A stretch of DNA of 49,614 nucleotides, filler included, from Trypethelium eluteriae (Eukaryota), in NCBI GenBank assembly GCA_051942245.1. It is 2 parts of 2 records of this genome, joined end to end, with 100 filler letters (N's around TTAATTAATTAA, not from the genome) between each part and the next. Parts side by side here need not be neighbours in the genome. Positions count along the whole stretch, not along the records: positions 24,871 to 49,614 come from JAVECL010000393.1; 1 more part is not named here. One strand, 5' to 3'. Position 1 is the stretch's first letter. Every line of letters starts with the position of its first letter. Position numbers and translations under genes: made by a program. Below, one piece after another: positions 25,041 through 37,971 of the stretch. The notes below the pieces were generated by a model that saw nothing but the letters and a program-made list of their open reading frames with translations, was not told where the DNA came from and ran no database searches.

Positions 25041-26155
25041 CTACAAGATTGTCCCGAATCCGAACGTCGTCTTGATACTCCTGACATAATATTGCTGCCA
25101 GTTCCTCTGCGTCACCTCTTCCTGTCCTACCGGTACACCTTGCCAATCCACCCGCATTACCGTCACTGCATCAACATCATTCTGGTCGAAGTTGACGTTG
25201 AGCGTTGAGTAATGCCCCTCGGGCCATTGCTTCAAACGCCACTTTTGCACAATCTTCGTCGGTTCGTGCAGCTCGACAAACTCACCCGAGACATTGCCAT
25301 CAAAGAGCTCGAATTTCCCACCTTGCTTGGCTTCGAAAACTCGCGGGGGCGCTCGGGTGAAGGCGGCGACGCGTTGAGGGTCGGTGAAGGTGAGATAGAG
25401 TTGTGCGGCTTCGGTGCGGAATTCTGCGGTGTCGGTGACAGTGGTTACATTTACAGAGACGCCTTTGCCGCTACTAGCAGCAGTAGATGTCGCTGTGGAT
25501 GCGGCCTTGTCCGTAGACTTGGATATTGAGCTGGAGTTGTACTTCGGGGTGACGACAGATGTATAGCCAGGCTCGTGTTGGAGACCTTTGCCATGTTCTG
25601 CAATCAAGCTTGGTCCAAGTTTTGCGAGGTGTTGTCGGAGTAATGGGGTCAATTTGCGACGGACAAGGTCTTTGACGGGTTCTTTGCTATTCGTCTCAGA
25701 ATAGATATCTATGTCAAACTTTAACCGACGGTTAATCTCGTGTAATGTGTAACAGAAGGGAATGAGGGAATGAGGGAATAAGGGAAACGTACAACATACT
25801 CATCTTCCGCCGTATCATGTGCCACCTCCGGTATTGTAATGCTGCCGCTCACATCCTCGTCATCTTTAGTCTTGCCTACAAGAGGTCAGAGGTCCGATAT
25901 CGTGAAATGCATAGCAATATGCTGAGACATACCTGCATACTCAAGCTGCAGCTTTACGTCGAACAATGTGAGGACCTTGCCCTTCCGTTGATTTACATCC
26001 ACGTCCCCATCCATAGAAATTAATTTGGTAATCTCTGCCGAGACATCTCCTTCCTCCGCCCTCAGATACATCAGCTCTTTCTCAAGGAATTCGCGTGCCC
26101 ATGCCGAGGCATCTTTATTCACCCAATGCCAATTGTTCGGGTTGTGGAGGACCAT
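25041..26155 (-). CDS. AHA1: Hsp90 co-chaperone Aha1 (2 introns)
   Basis: MVLHNPNNWHWVNKDA, DVNQRKGKVLTLFD, and a C-terminal START-like domain (GGKFELFDGNVSG, KIVQKWRL, YYVRSIKTTFGFG). Confidence 0.96.
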
Positions 26156-26572
26156 AGCGGTGGCTGAAGTGAGGGGATCAGGGATGCCTCTTTGGGTCTG
26201 GCTAGGCTGCGAGCGGGAAATAGTAAATGAAGGGATACTTAGGTAACTGTTTCAAGCAAAATTAGCGCGAGGATGTCCTTGAATGGACATGCAGGAGAGA
26301 TTGAGAGTTTCGTATTCTCAGACAAGGAGTCTAAAAGTGATAGCTGATCCACACGTTTGGAGAGTACAAGTCTTTCGGACTGGTGCCAGCTAAGGTTCTC
26401 ATCATAGAAATATGGCGCACGTAGATTGAGTGCTAACTTACTTCAATCTGGTATTGCAAACGCCGAAGATGCGAACGCCTGTCTTATCCAATACCGAGTT
26501 TAGGGAATAGGGACAAGTTGCAATTTAAAAGTGGCGGTCTTGAAAAGGCGGATGCTCTGGTGCTTTGGTAGT

Positions 26573-26580
26573 TTCTAGAA
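26573..26580. promoter_or_regulatory. Candidate heat-shock element core (TTCTAGAA) about 420 bp upstream of AHA1
   Basis: TTCnnGAA dyad; AHA1 is an Hsf1 target in yeast. Only two nGAAn units are present. Confidence 0.35.
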
Positions 26581-27291
26581 GCGCTGTCGGCGTTTGACTT
26601 TTTCCGCTGGCAAGGTGATCCCTGGTGGTCCCTGGCTATACGTCAAGGAGCGCCAAACGTCTTCCACTATCTTCCTAGTCTAATATTAAATTGTTTGTTT
26701 GAAACATTGAAACTCCGTGTACGGGATGCACTTCAGACTTTCTTGTCTCTTCTCAATAGGTCATTTGGCATTCTAGATCATTGATGCTGGCGGGACTATG
26801 GCATAATTACATTAGAGGTATCACAGAATACACAAGAAATTTTGCGCACAGGACTCTAAACAGCATCTGATTCACCTGCCCCTAAACTCTAACTTGGCTG
26901 CTCTCCCGCAATAGGACCCCCTTCATCCAGACCGGCCAGACCAGAGCCTACCGCAACCACATGAAACAATACCCAAAAAAAAGTAGAAAGCCAAATAAAA
27001 TCATGTCTCCCCCTCTGAATGAAGTAAAAAAAAGTTATATGAAAATGACCCCAAGCCGAGGGCTAGATAGCCCAATAGAAGATCCATTGAACCCCTTCGC
27101 ACATGCAGAAGGCTTTGACACAAATGGAAAGAATTGTCCCAGACCCCAGGCCTATGCCGATAAGAATGTCGTTTTGCAAAATCAAAACACGCACCAGCGC
27201 GGCAGATTCCCTCTTCTGTTTCGCAGCTAAGTTTCGTTCAGGACATGGTCATAAGATCAACCTGCTGTTCGAGCCGGAGTTGATGACTGGC

Positions 27292-28963
27292 TTAAAAAGC
27301 CTTCCTGTATGGGTGGGAGTGACCGCTGGAGGGTCTGGGGTGGTAGTGGGTGTAGAAGCCCGTGCTGGCGGCAGAGGGGTAGTCGGGCGCAGCACCAGTG
27401 GGGTAGAAACCCGCAGAGTTGGGTGGCAGGGCGGTGCCAGTGGATGAAGCGGTCTATGGTCGTTTGTTAGTCTTGCATTTGCATTCTGATTTGATGAACA
27501 GCTGAAGAAGTCGGAACCAAGGTTGGATCGGATAATTGTGAAATAGAAACGACCTCATTGTTCGAGGGCTCTGTACGGGACGTGACATTGTTGACATCTG
27601 CATTGACGTCTGAAAGAAATGTAACAGGCTGAAAGATGAGGTTACGGGAAAGAGAGATAGTAGTGTTGTAGTTTGAGTTTGAAACCGAAGTCGACTCGAC
27701 TGAGTTTGTACGTACCACTGTGACGGTAGATTGAGTGGTGACAGTGACAGTGACCGGAGCAGCGCAAGAGCCAGACGCTCCAGGAGCACCGGCACCGGCA
27801 CCAGAACCGGCAGCACCAGACTCAGAGGGAGATGCACCGGATCCAGAAGCACTGGGGAAGAAGCCAGCACCAGAGACGCTGGAAGCACCAGCAGCACCTG
27901 ATCCAGAGCCTGAGCCTGAGCCTGAGCCTGTTGGCGCAGGGAGGACAGTGACGAAGTGAGTAGAAGTAGAGGTGCTCTGAACCGTCTCGGTGACACCTTC
28001 CTGCGAAGAGGCTGGAGAGCTGTTGCCAGCGGAGGCAGAACCTGCAGGACCAGCGGGAACAGAAGAGCTGGTGGCATAAACCGTGGCGGTGGAGAATTCA
28101 GTGCTGGTGGAGTGGATGGTGGTGGTCAGAACGGTAGTGTCAGAGCCAGTGCCAGTGGTGTAGGTGGAAGTAATGGCACTGCCCGTGGGAGCAGGTTTGC
28201 CACTGCCATAACCTGGAGCACTTCCTGAGCCTGAGCCCGACCCTGAGCCAGAACCTGAGCCTGGGGCGGTACCGTTGGGGGCACCTGACGGAACAGGGAC
28301 CACAGTGACCGACGTCACGCTCTGAGCAGCGGAATTGGCAGGAGTTGAACTGCTGACAGGGATGGTCGATGATTCGGCTGAGGACGAGCCTTCTGAAGCC
28401 GCCGAGGTTGTAGAGGAGACTGGGGCCGAAACTGGGGCAGGCGCAGTAGTGTTTGCAGCTGCACTCGGAGAGGAGACCGGTGCGGAAGCTGTAGACTCCA
28501 CTGCAGAAGACTCTGCGCTCGTGCTGGGGGCTGGAGCGGTTGTGTTGGTAGAGGCGGTGGGAACGGCCGCTGACGCACTGCTGGTGTAGGCAGCGGCAGA
28601 AGAAGAAAGCGAAGAGCTCACCGCTACTGCCGAAGTGCTGATAGCAGACAAAGCGGCTGAGCTTGCGCTCTCAGCCTCAGTCACTGGGCAGACGGTTGTA
28701 GTCGCATAGATGATGCTAGTGACAACTGGCGTCTGAGATTCGGCCGGGCAGTTGGTGACGGTGGCAGCGCACGACGTGATTGTGAGTGTTTGGGTAGACT
28801 CGACAGTCAGAGTGGTCTGCGCAGCTGCAGTAGTAGCGGGCGTGGTGGCAGCAGCCGTGGTTGCAGGCGCAGTCTCATTAGAGGAGCCGTATTGACGCTT
28901 GTCGAGGAGGTTGGGCTGGGCAATGGCAGTGCCCGCCAAAAGGGCAAGAGTGAGGAATTGCAT
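27292..28963 (-). CDS. Secreted Ser/Thr/Ala-rich (mucin-like, probably O-glycosylated) cell-surface protein; predicted intron 27715-27454
   Basis: Signal peptide MQFLTLALLAGTAIA, Kex2-like KR, TITSCAATVTNCP and TTTVCPVT motifs, GS repeats. GTACGT donor, GACTAAC branch and TAG acceptor give a last exon TASSTG...HPYRKAF-stop. Confidence 0.8.
28224..28263 (-). repeat. Coding hexamer repeat (GGCTCA-like)n encoding (GS)n; second copy at ~27898-27929
   Basis: cctgag repeats on the + strand; GSGSGSGSGSGSG in the translation. Confidence 0.85.
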
Positions 28964-31279
28964 TTTGTTCTTTCTTGCGCTGAAGCTTTGACTTTGTGTT
29001 TGGAGTTGTAATTGAGGTACAACGAGCAATCGACGAATCGTATTGAGTTGCTATTGACGGATTGATGCGGACGTTCAGTTTGCGATAATGATGAGCAGGT
29101 GAGCAGTTGCTGCCAGCAGGATCAAGAGTTGAAAGAGTGACGGTGGATCGAAATCCTAAAAGAGAGTAATTGCCCCGAAGGACGAGAGAGAGACAGTAAC
29201 GAGTGTAAGTCGAAAGAACGACACCGCGGTGGAGAGAGAAGAGGAAGGAGAGCAGGCGCAGGCTGGGGAAAAGAAGGGAGAAGAGCACAGTCACTGCCCC
29301 CTAATTTGCCCAGCCAGTGACCTGAGGCCCTGGCCAGATGCAATTTGCGGAGCGCACGCTAGACAAATGGCGGAGCATGGGCGCTGCGCTGAGGGGGAAC
29401 AGGCGGCCAATCAGCCGCGGCGTTTGCCCGACCGGGCTGTTTCCCTCCTCCACTCAGGGGCCGCATCCCGCAAGAAACTGGGGACGAACAGAGGCACGGA
29501 CATGCAAGACGCCGGGTTCCTGCTGATTGCTGCTTGTTCCTGACATTGTACCAGCAACCGTGCTGCCGCGCCGTCGTTTGTGTTTCTTTGTCGCTCCAGC
29601 TTGGCTGCTTGCCCGCCCGCGACCATGAAGGAGAACGAGACCGTTCTTCTTGGGCGGCTAGGCTACCTTATCAGAACAATTATCATCATTGTCCTGGTGA
29701 TCTCTAGTGAAGTTGTGGTCGTGCTTGGCCGAATATCTGACGTGACGAGATCTGTGGCTGACGGGCCTTCCTTCCCGCACCCTCTGGTTGTTCGTCTACC
29801 GAGCAACGGTTACTGGACGAAGTATTGCTCTTGCTGTTTCTTCGGTAGAGCCAACATACGGCGCACTCAGCCAGCATGGCAGCAGCGACCACGTTACCTT
29901 ACCCTTCGCGGTGCTTCGTGTGTTCAAACAGCCAAAAAGCACCTATGCCGGCTGCCGAGCTGCACCACGCGCTCGGCCTTAGAATCTGGTCAAGTTTTCT
30001 CGACGATCGGCGACCAGGGGATCACCACCGTAGACCGTATCCTAACCATTTGGCGCTGATCAGTCGTTTCACGACATTGCTTTCAGTGTGGCGCTGCCGC
30101 TAACTTTAATTTTATTTTGGCGACTAAATATTTCCGAACGCAGAGTTACATCACACTTAATTACATCCCATCTCTATCCACTCGCTCCGGAAGACGCTTT
30201 AAATCGTGCTTCAATCTTCGATTTGACATCCCCTGATGATCCCAGCATGTAACACTTGACAACGCTACTGTCGCTTTGCTCAGCTGGCCGCGCCGCTCCC
30301 TCCAGCGTCCTGCCTGTGGTTAGGAGGCACGGAAGGATCCAAAGGATGCTTCTGCTGAGTACACCTACGGTGCCTACAATGCTCAGGTATAATCCCAGCG
30401 ACTTAATTTAGCCATAATATTATGCCGTTATCAATGCGCCGCAATTCTGCGCTGTCGACCTGCCGAAGATTATTCTGGGCTCTGCTTACTATCAATATCC
30501 TTGCAATACCTACCGTGTGGCCATCGGAGTTGCAATAAGAAATATTGGCGAAGCACAACGTAGCTTCAGTACAAGGTGCTCAGCTCTTTATTCACCTCTT
30601 TTATATCGTACTGCTCTCTTTTACATCATTCTTAATTTGTTATTAGAGGAGGCTCCAAGCACGTCGGGTCAAAATACTGGGTACCGTCCTTATTATCGTT
30701 GATATTCTTGTTTCTCATGGTGCCGTCAGGAGTCTCTCAAACATTTCTTGGGCGCCAAAGTCAGAGTGTAAACTCCGGAGAAAAGCGAAAGCGCGCTGTA
30801 CCCCAATCTAAGAAATATATTTCTTCCTCTGAGTCCTAGGATTTGCTTGACGGCTTTTACAATAGATCGTATCAGAATTCATGGGCTACCGGAGTCCACT
30901 CGAACACCGATTGAGCCGGATTTCGTACATACTCAGCTTTAGAAGGCCACTCATGACATTCTTGAAACACTAGCTTGTAATTGGCTATAAAAAGATTGGA
31001 TGTAGGAGTAAAGAAAGCCATTTCGTCAAACCTCGTACTACAGATTGTGTTTGCTCTCGTTTTCTTTCCTCAACACATCAAGAGGAATCAAAAGTCACCA
31101 GCCACCAAAAATAGCTTGGCCTACATTTCTACATCTATAGGTTTGGGAACACTCTCAACAAAGTCTTTACATTATATCGCCCCCTGACGTAGTGAGAAAG
31201 CAAGAAAGAGCTACCTCCAGAGTGGAATGTCCATTTCCTACTTTACAGATAGGGGAAGATCCCAGTAAGTTCTCCAAGC

Positions 31280-33437
31280 TTATAAGCTGTATTTCTCCCC
31301 AGTGGCTGCTTGTTTCTCGTTTTCAGCTTCCCATTCTTCGTAATTTATTGGTCCAATGTCTGCTCTCCTCTTCCGTCTGCTATATTCATCGTTCTCAATC
31401 CACTGCTCCATTGGAATCCCTCTCCTACGCAATTTGCGTTCCACCTGATCAAGAGCTGGGCAATGAACATCAATGCCCGCCGTCCACGTCATCTCGGATC
31501 TTCCGCTTGGTCTTACACAAATCATCTCGCTTTGTGATCGCACCCACTGTGTATACATATTCTCCTGGGGTCGAAAAGCATCGCATTGCTTCCGTATCAC
31601 CGGCGTAGACGAGAATTCAGGGATAGCAGGGGCTCCAGTCTCGATCTGGAACAACTCGAGGGGGCTCTTCTTGCGAGTCATTCCTGAGTTGACGCAATGC
31701 AGAAGCTCACGAGCAGAATTCGTATTCAGGAAAGGATGCGCAGGCTTCTTGTCCCTGGTTAACAGGTTCAAAATGACGTCAAGGGTGACCAGGTTTTCAA
31801 GAGATCCGATAACGCGCAGTTCATCAATCGGCTACATTCAGAGTCAGTATGAGATTTCGAATCGAACTAGACCAGCAGTAGTGTTATAGAGAATTTCGGA
31901 GCAATGCAGCAACTCGAGATCATGCTGGGGATCTCCCGGGTTGTACAAGGCCGATAGATGTTGTGAGAGATCTTCTACAGGTTCTCACTCGGCATCCTGC
32001 TAAGCGCTCCTCTCTTCCTCGAATAGAGTTGAAATTTGCTGAGGGACTGCAGAATATACGGAGGTCAGAATGGTAACAACCTCTGATCAAATCGACATTC
32101 CCTATTGCTCCCTCCAGTGAGATCTCGGCTTACCCAGCTACCGTCTCGATACATATCGATGACAAGAGTTTCCAGGTTGGGCACAGCGTTGCATAGTTCC
32201 CGTATTTTGTTTTCATCAAGATTCCGCAATATAGGTTCCTTCGGTTTATACCCAGGCCAGGAAATCGACAAATGCTTGAGGCTTTTCCCGTGGAGCGCCA
32301 ACTTGTCACTGATGATTGTCCTCCAACACGATTTAGGAAACGGCATCCATTCCAGCCGGACCAAAGAATTACAACGACCTATAGTCGCCACCAAGTCCCG
32401 CCACTTAAACCCCCTAAGGCAGAGACAATGCAATTGTGGACAATTTGGGACGAGAGAGATAGCAAGGTTCGCAGCATCTGTAGTCAGCGTTCGCAGCTGG
32501 GACCAGACTAAAGGACGTACCAGCTGATCGATCTCAGGCAGGCTCCAAAGGCGCCTACAAGAGGAACGATCTACTACGACTGTGAGCGATGTAAAAGGTG
32601 CTATCCTGATACTGCGTTCGAGATCGAAAATGGATATGATATCCAGAGCAGCATCACTCTGAGGAGATGAAGAATCTAAAAGCCTGAGGCGGAGTTGTTT
32701 GATTTTTGACCGGTCGCGGTCACTAAGATATGACAGAGGCGCCGCCACAGTGAAGGTGGAGAATGGTGTAGCAACATCGGTTGGCATGGATAGATACAGC
32801 CGAGGACAAGCAGGATTGCTCAGAAACGCCTTCCAGAGCTCTGGAGGAAGGCTGTTTCCACACCAGCTGCAGCATATCAGAAGTATCCAGCACCACTCGA
32901 GATTTCACATACGTACGTTAGATGGGAGAGATTGATCGAATTCTCGATCAAATGTGCAACGGCAGGAAGCATTGGGCCTGTCTCAATTTTGAAGGCGTTT
33001 TCCAGGTCGCGCGAGTTGTCGCCTAATTGAACAGTACGCACGCATCGCCAGATGTCGTACTTCTCGAGTACACATATATGTGCCTGCACATCACTTTTTG
33101 ATGTAAGGCTTAAGCATCTATAGATATATCCGAGGGCGAGCACATGGAGATCGCGAGATACGCAGGCGATGTCGAGTAGAGTCATAGGGTCATCTTGTTG
33201 AATCTAAGTCGTTGTAGTCAGCTTCGATTCGTTTTTCTGCGTTGGATTTTACAAATCCATCCAGAATACATCGAGAAAATTCCCTAGTCAAAGCTGGGGG
33301 AGACATACAATGTCGAGTATTTCCTGGATAAGCTCGACTGGAAGGGAGTGTAAAAGTTGTCCCTCTCCCTTCGCTCGCCTCTCTCTTCCTAAGACTACTT
33401 CCGCACTCCGAAAGGGATGGTCCCCGTGTGTTGCCAT
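31280..33437 (-). CDS. F-box protein with degenerate LRR/RNI-like C-terminal region (about 3 introns, one ~300 nt)
   Basis: LLHSLPVELIQEILDI...LLDIACVSRDLH (F-box); repeats such as CPQLHCLCL, SLKHLSI, VPNLETLVI. Exons join in frame (HLT/WCGN, DGSW/PIDELRV). Confidence 0.72.
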
Positions 33438-34299
33438 CTTAGTTCGAAACCAATTTCAAGAATTTCGCAAGAGTTTCTTGTTGCGCTTCGTGGCTAGTCC
33501 CGGCCCGAAGTGTAGAGAAGCGACTGTGCCCTCGAATGTTACCGTAAGTCATGTGGATCACTTGTGATAACAGGAGCTCAGAAGTCGGGGACCGGGCTTC
33601 AGCGGGCAAAGAAGTGAGCTATACTAAGATGCCCCGTGGGAGGCGGCAACGGTTGCAGTTTAGTACTTCAATCATGGATCCCGTGGAGCTTCCAAATTGT
33701 ATAAAATGAAAACAGTATTACTCTAGTCTATACCTCACCTTTCTTTAGATTTGCTCTTGTGTTTTTCCCCATAAACTTGTCCTTTCTATCTCGAGTCAGA
33801 AGCCAGCATTGTCAAATTCAACTTGAGGGATACTTGACTTGTACAGGTAGAAATATCAATCAGGTCCCCATTTGAATGCGTGCTGGTGCACGTGAAACCT
33901 AATATCCTCTGGTCTTTACGTCCAGTGATCAGATCATCTTGATTACGCCTTAACAAACGGAAACATGAACGCAGATTATCGTTAATTTTCTCTCACTAAT
34001 GCATCATATCTGGTATCTAAGCGCAAACTATAGCCTTCAAAGGGGTCCCAATGTGCATCCACCATGCACGCCAGCCTGCCATTTTGCTCTCCCCAGAAGG
34101 CCCAGATCATTGTGAAAGACTGTAGCTTCATCAAACGCCACAGCAGCTCCGAGCGCTGTATCCATGCAATTTAAATTTTCAGCCTGAACGCCCATGCTTC
34201 GTCATCATCAGCACGACTACTACCAATAACACCATCGTCGAGATCAAGATCAGCATCGTTCTTGCCATCATCCTCACCGCCATCCACTGCTTGCTCTTC

Positions 34300-36336
34300 T
34301 CACAGCCGAATCTCATAATCCAGACACCCCATCCCATCCAATACCCGCCAAACTTGCACACTCCTCCCCTTCCCACACAATCCTCTTTCATCAGTTAATG
34401 TCTGCCTTTGCTGCGCCCATCGTACCACATTCTCCTTCTGGTTTGCGCTCAGCAGGCCCTCGGCTCCGGATGCCAGGGCGAGCACCTCTGTCCAGAGACC
34501 CAGCGGCAGGGTTCCTGGGAGATTTGAGTCGCGGTACCCATCAGTGTGCTGAACCGATGCGAGATTATCCATGCGCTGTCTTTGTGTGTCCAGGTAGCAG
34601 TCGCTGTTGGAGGTGGCGGTGCGCGCAATGGCAATGGGAACTGAGGTGGTTTCGGTGCTCAGGGATGTATGCGGCGCGGATTTGGAGAGAGTAGAGGAGC
34701 GTCGTGGGTGGATGAACTTGAGGTTATAGGATTTCGTGGGTTTGGTAGGAGTGGTTTCGGCGATGGTCAGGGCAGGTTCATTGGGATTGGAGGATGATCC
34801 AACCATGAGAGTGGATGCATAGGAGTGGGTTGGTGCATCAGACCCCGGCGCGCTCTTTGCTGGTGTATTGTGTGGAACGACGAGTGGCGTGGGCGAGTGA
34901 AGACTGGCGCTGGAGTCTCGTCGGGCAAGTGTGTCGGTAGAGGAAGAACTGACAGGCGAGTCGATGAGCGAACCGGTGTCGAAAAGGACGGCGCGGGCTT
35001 TGACAAGCATGCGAAGAGATGCGGACCAGAGTTCCACGCAGTGAGCCCCAGAGTCTTCGATCGTGGTTCTTTGCGCCTTGTATCGCTTGCTGTCCAGTTC
35101 TGAGGAGCCATGGCCGGACTCGTCGGACGAGTGCAGCGAGAAGACACTGAGTCTCCTCTTGTGGTGACTGATGGAAGAAATTCTACGACTATGATACAAT
35201 AAGCAGATGTATTCAGGCAGCATTTGGAATTTCACAGCTTCATCCAACTTACCCATTGGATAATGTGACCAGTTCCGGGACCTTATCCGTGCTTGAGTCC
35301 CCATCATCGCTTGCTAATAGGGCCGTTCGTGCGAGTTCCGCGCTCTCCAGAACTTCCACCGCGTACTTGTTGAGGCCATCGTACGGTACATAGATGATAC
35401 CTTTTCCGCCAGCGAACTCTTGAGAGTACTCCTCACGCTTGCTCTCTGCTGGTGCGGCCCTCAGTCTTGTCATCAGTTGGTCCGGAAAGTAGTGGTGTTG
35501 CACTACGTAGGAGAGAAATAGAGCCCCAGCATTCGTGAGAGAAACTTCACGAAAGATAAGGTATGGCACAGAGCGAAGGCCGCACCGACGACTTAAGTAG
35601 GTGCCCTGGGAGAGTGATTGTCTAGAAGACGATAACAACCTAGAGCGACTTTCTGATGCAGATTCCTCCATGCTTAGGGCTTTTGTCTTGTCGAGGACAT
35701 TTGCTGTATCCGATTCGGCGACCGAAATGACACTGGCTGACATGCCTCTAAGGTCCGCAGGATCGGCTGGTATCTGACGTCCATACACCCTTGCGAGTAC
35801 TTCAAATGCTCGTGGACCAGAGAGGTCATTGCCACTGAAATCGATCCTCCGAAGGCAGTAGCAGTGTCTGAAGCTCTCCAGAAACACCTCCCATTCCTGA
35901 GCTTCATCATCTGTCTTGACCGAGATCTCGTTATATGATATATCAAGGACCTGAAGGTCGAACTGCGCAGAGCGGATCACTGATGCCAGCTGCGCAAGTG
36001 ATTTCGTGGTGAACCGGTTTTGAGAGAAGTTTAGCTCCTCGAGCTTATTGCAGCAGCCCGAGCCATCATCGTGAGCTACCTCCTCCAGAGCTGATATAAT
36101 CTCGAGGAGACCCTCATCGTCGATCTTCCTTCCACTGATGTCAAGCTCGATCGTTACGCTCTCTGGCTGCTTCTCGCTCTTCGAGTGCAGCGACTTGGCT
36201 CGCTTCCTTAGGTCTTTGGCAACGATCTGTCCGAGCTTCAAACCCTCCGATTTGCGCTGTCGGGGGTGTTATTAGCGAGGGGGTTTCCAGAGGCGGTAGC
36301 AGAGCGCCTTACGTTCGTGTAATTAAAGCGAGGCAT
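34300..36336 (-). CDS. Leucine-rich-repeat (RNI-like) protein of unknown function, multi-exon
   Basis: ELDISGRKIDDEGL, LEELNFSQNRF, LQVLDISYNEI, LRRIDFSGNDL. Start MPRFNYTN then an intron; C-terminal QVWRVLDGMGCLDY. Confidence 0.8.
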
Positions 36337-37241
36337 TTTCGCAAGCTGCCTCAACAGCGTTAAATCTGAGAATTTTGTCCTTTAGGGTACAGGGTTAATG
36401 CAAGAAAATGATTGGCGCGTGGAGTGGGGACGACCAAATCAGTTCGTGGAAGGTACGCGGGAACACCTGCCTCATGATGCGGTATAAACAATGCAGGAAA
36501 CAGGGAGGATTTACGTGCCTGAGGCAGAGTGAATGGAAGCAAGAAACATAACCCCAGAAGCTTCAGGAATATGCCAGAGTGACGCAAGCGGTCCAGAGGA
36601 AACAGCTGAGAGTGTTAAGTGAGTCATGGTAAATCAAGGCCAAGCGTGACTTTGGAGCAAAACAAATATGTCATCTCTCGCATAGAGACGGGCTGATACG
36701 GTGAAGCAAGACAAATGTGATTTCTCACACCCGTTACGGATGCTAAAGCTCACAACTCAACAAATAGCAGCCACGACATACAATCACCATGAACAGAGGT
36801 CAATCCCCTCTTCGCAACTCGCATTGTTAAGGCCCACAGTAAGCACCTTAAACCTGGTACTGAACATATTCGCAATCCAGATATTTTTACAGCAGGAGAG
36901 TTGACGCAAGTGCAAACGCTTCTGTTGCATTGCAGCCATGGCCAAGCAGGAGACCGGTTCTTTCGTATTCCTGAATTCTTCCTAGAGACAGTCCAAGTAT
37001 ACTCGTAAGCAGGTCGGAATTGACCAGATGCAGTAATGTTACTGGATCAACTTCTCCATTCAGAGTTGTGCATCTGGAGCATTGTCGACGGCTTGAAGTC
37101 TGAACGGAGGGTGCACAGACCAGTATGGAGGCTCTTACGTAGAAGATCACTTACCCACCTAGTTAAACCATCCTTGACTTCCCCCATCTTCAAAAGCTAC
37201 CACTTCCGAGCTCGATCACGTCATCCACGAATCGCCATCTA

Positions 37242-37971
37242 ATGTCAGACCAAGTGTCTAGCAATCGCGATTCTGCCACCTTCAAGGTCGTTCCTGCAGC
37301 TGCCACTGTGGCCGCCGCTCCCTCAAAACGCGTCTCAAGTACTGCTTCCAAACCCGCTCTGTCCAAGCCCCCTACTACAATTCATCCCTCCGCCATCGTT
37401 GCTGAAAAAGCGGTCCTGACTGGTCTCTATCATATTAGCATTGGCGCAAATTCCGTAATACACCCTTTTGCAAGGATCGTGTCTGAGGCTGGACCAATAA
37501 CGATCGGAGAGAATGTCATTGTGAATGAGAGGGCTGTCGTAGGGGGTGCCAGAAGCAGCGATGGGATGGAGAAGACGGGAGATGGAAACGTAGAGGTGCA
37601 CATAGGTAACAGTGTCACGGTTGAATCGTCAGCAGTGGTCGAGGCGAACATGATCGGAGAAGGGAGCATCATTGATATCGAAGCAAGAGTTGGCACAGGA
37701 GCGAGGATAGGAAAGGTAAGTGTTTCAATTTTACATGGTCGTTGGCATCCTGATGAAATCGTGAAAGTATTGCAAGCTGTCTCCCAAGGCAAGTGTCGGC
37801 GCGAATGAGACAATGGAGGATTTTACGACTCTCTCCGATCCCGGTCGCCGTCATACTGACCATTTACTCAAATGCAATCCTACCGTTCGAGCTCTTAGAT
37901 CGAAGAGACAGAAAGATCAAGTGGAATTGTTGAGACGACTTATCCCAAGCAATCTTGCAAAATGGTCTTGA
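37242..37971 (+). CDS. DCTN6: Trimeric LpxA-like left-handed beta-helix protein, probable dynactin subunit 6 (p27); 1 intron
   Basis: Hexapeptide repeats ISIGANSVIHP...GPITIGENVIVNE, IGEGSII; C-terminal LLRRLIPSNLAKWS-stop. Confidence 0.72.

Noticed and set aside
25758..25787. (GGGAATGA)-like x4 repeat
   Set aside because: A short intronic microsatellite in AHA1 (pyrimidine-rich on the sense strand). It has no spacers, so it is not CRISPR-like, and I see no evidence of function.
29300..31200. Short ORFs (e.g. 29580-30059) in the long intergenic region
   Set aside because: No domain similarity, coding-like bias or coherent splice structure; most likely upstream regulatory DNA of the secreted-protein gene.
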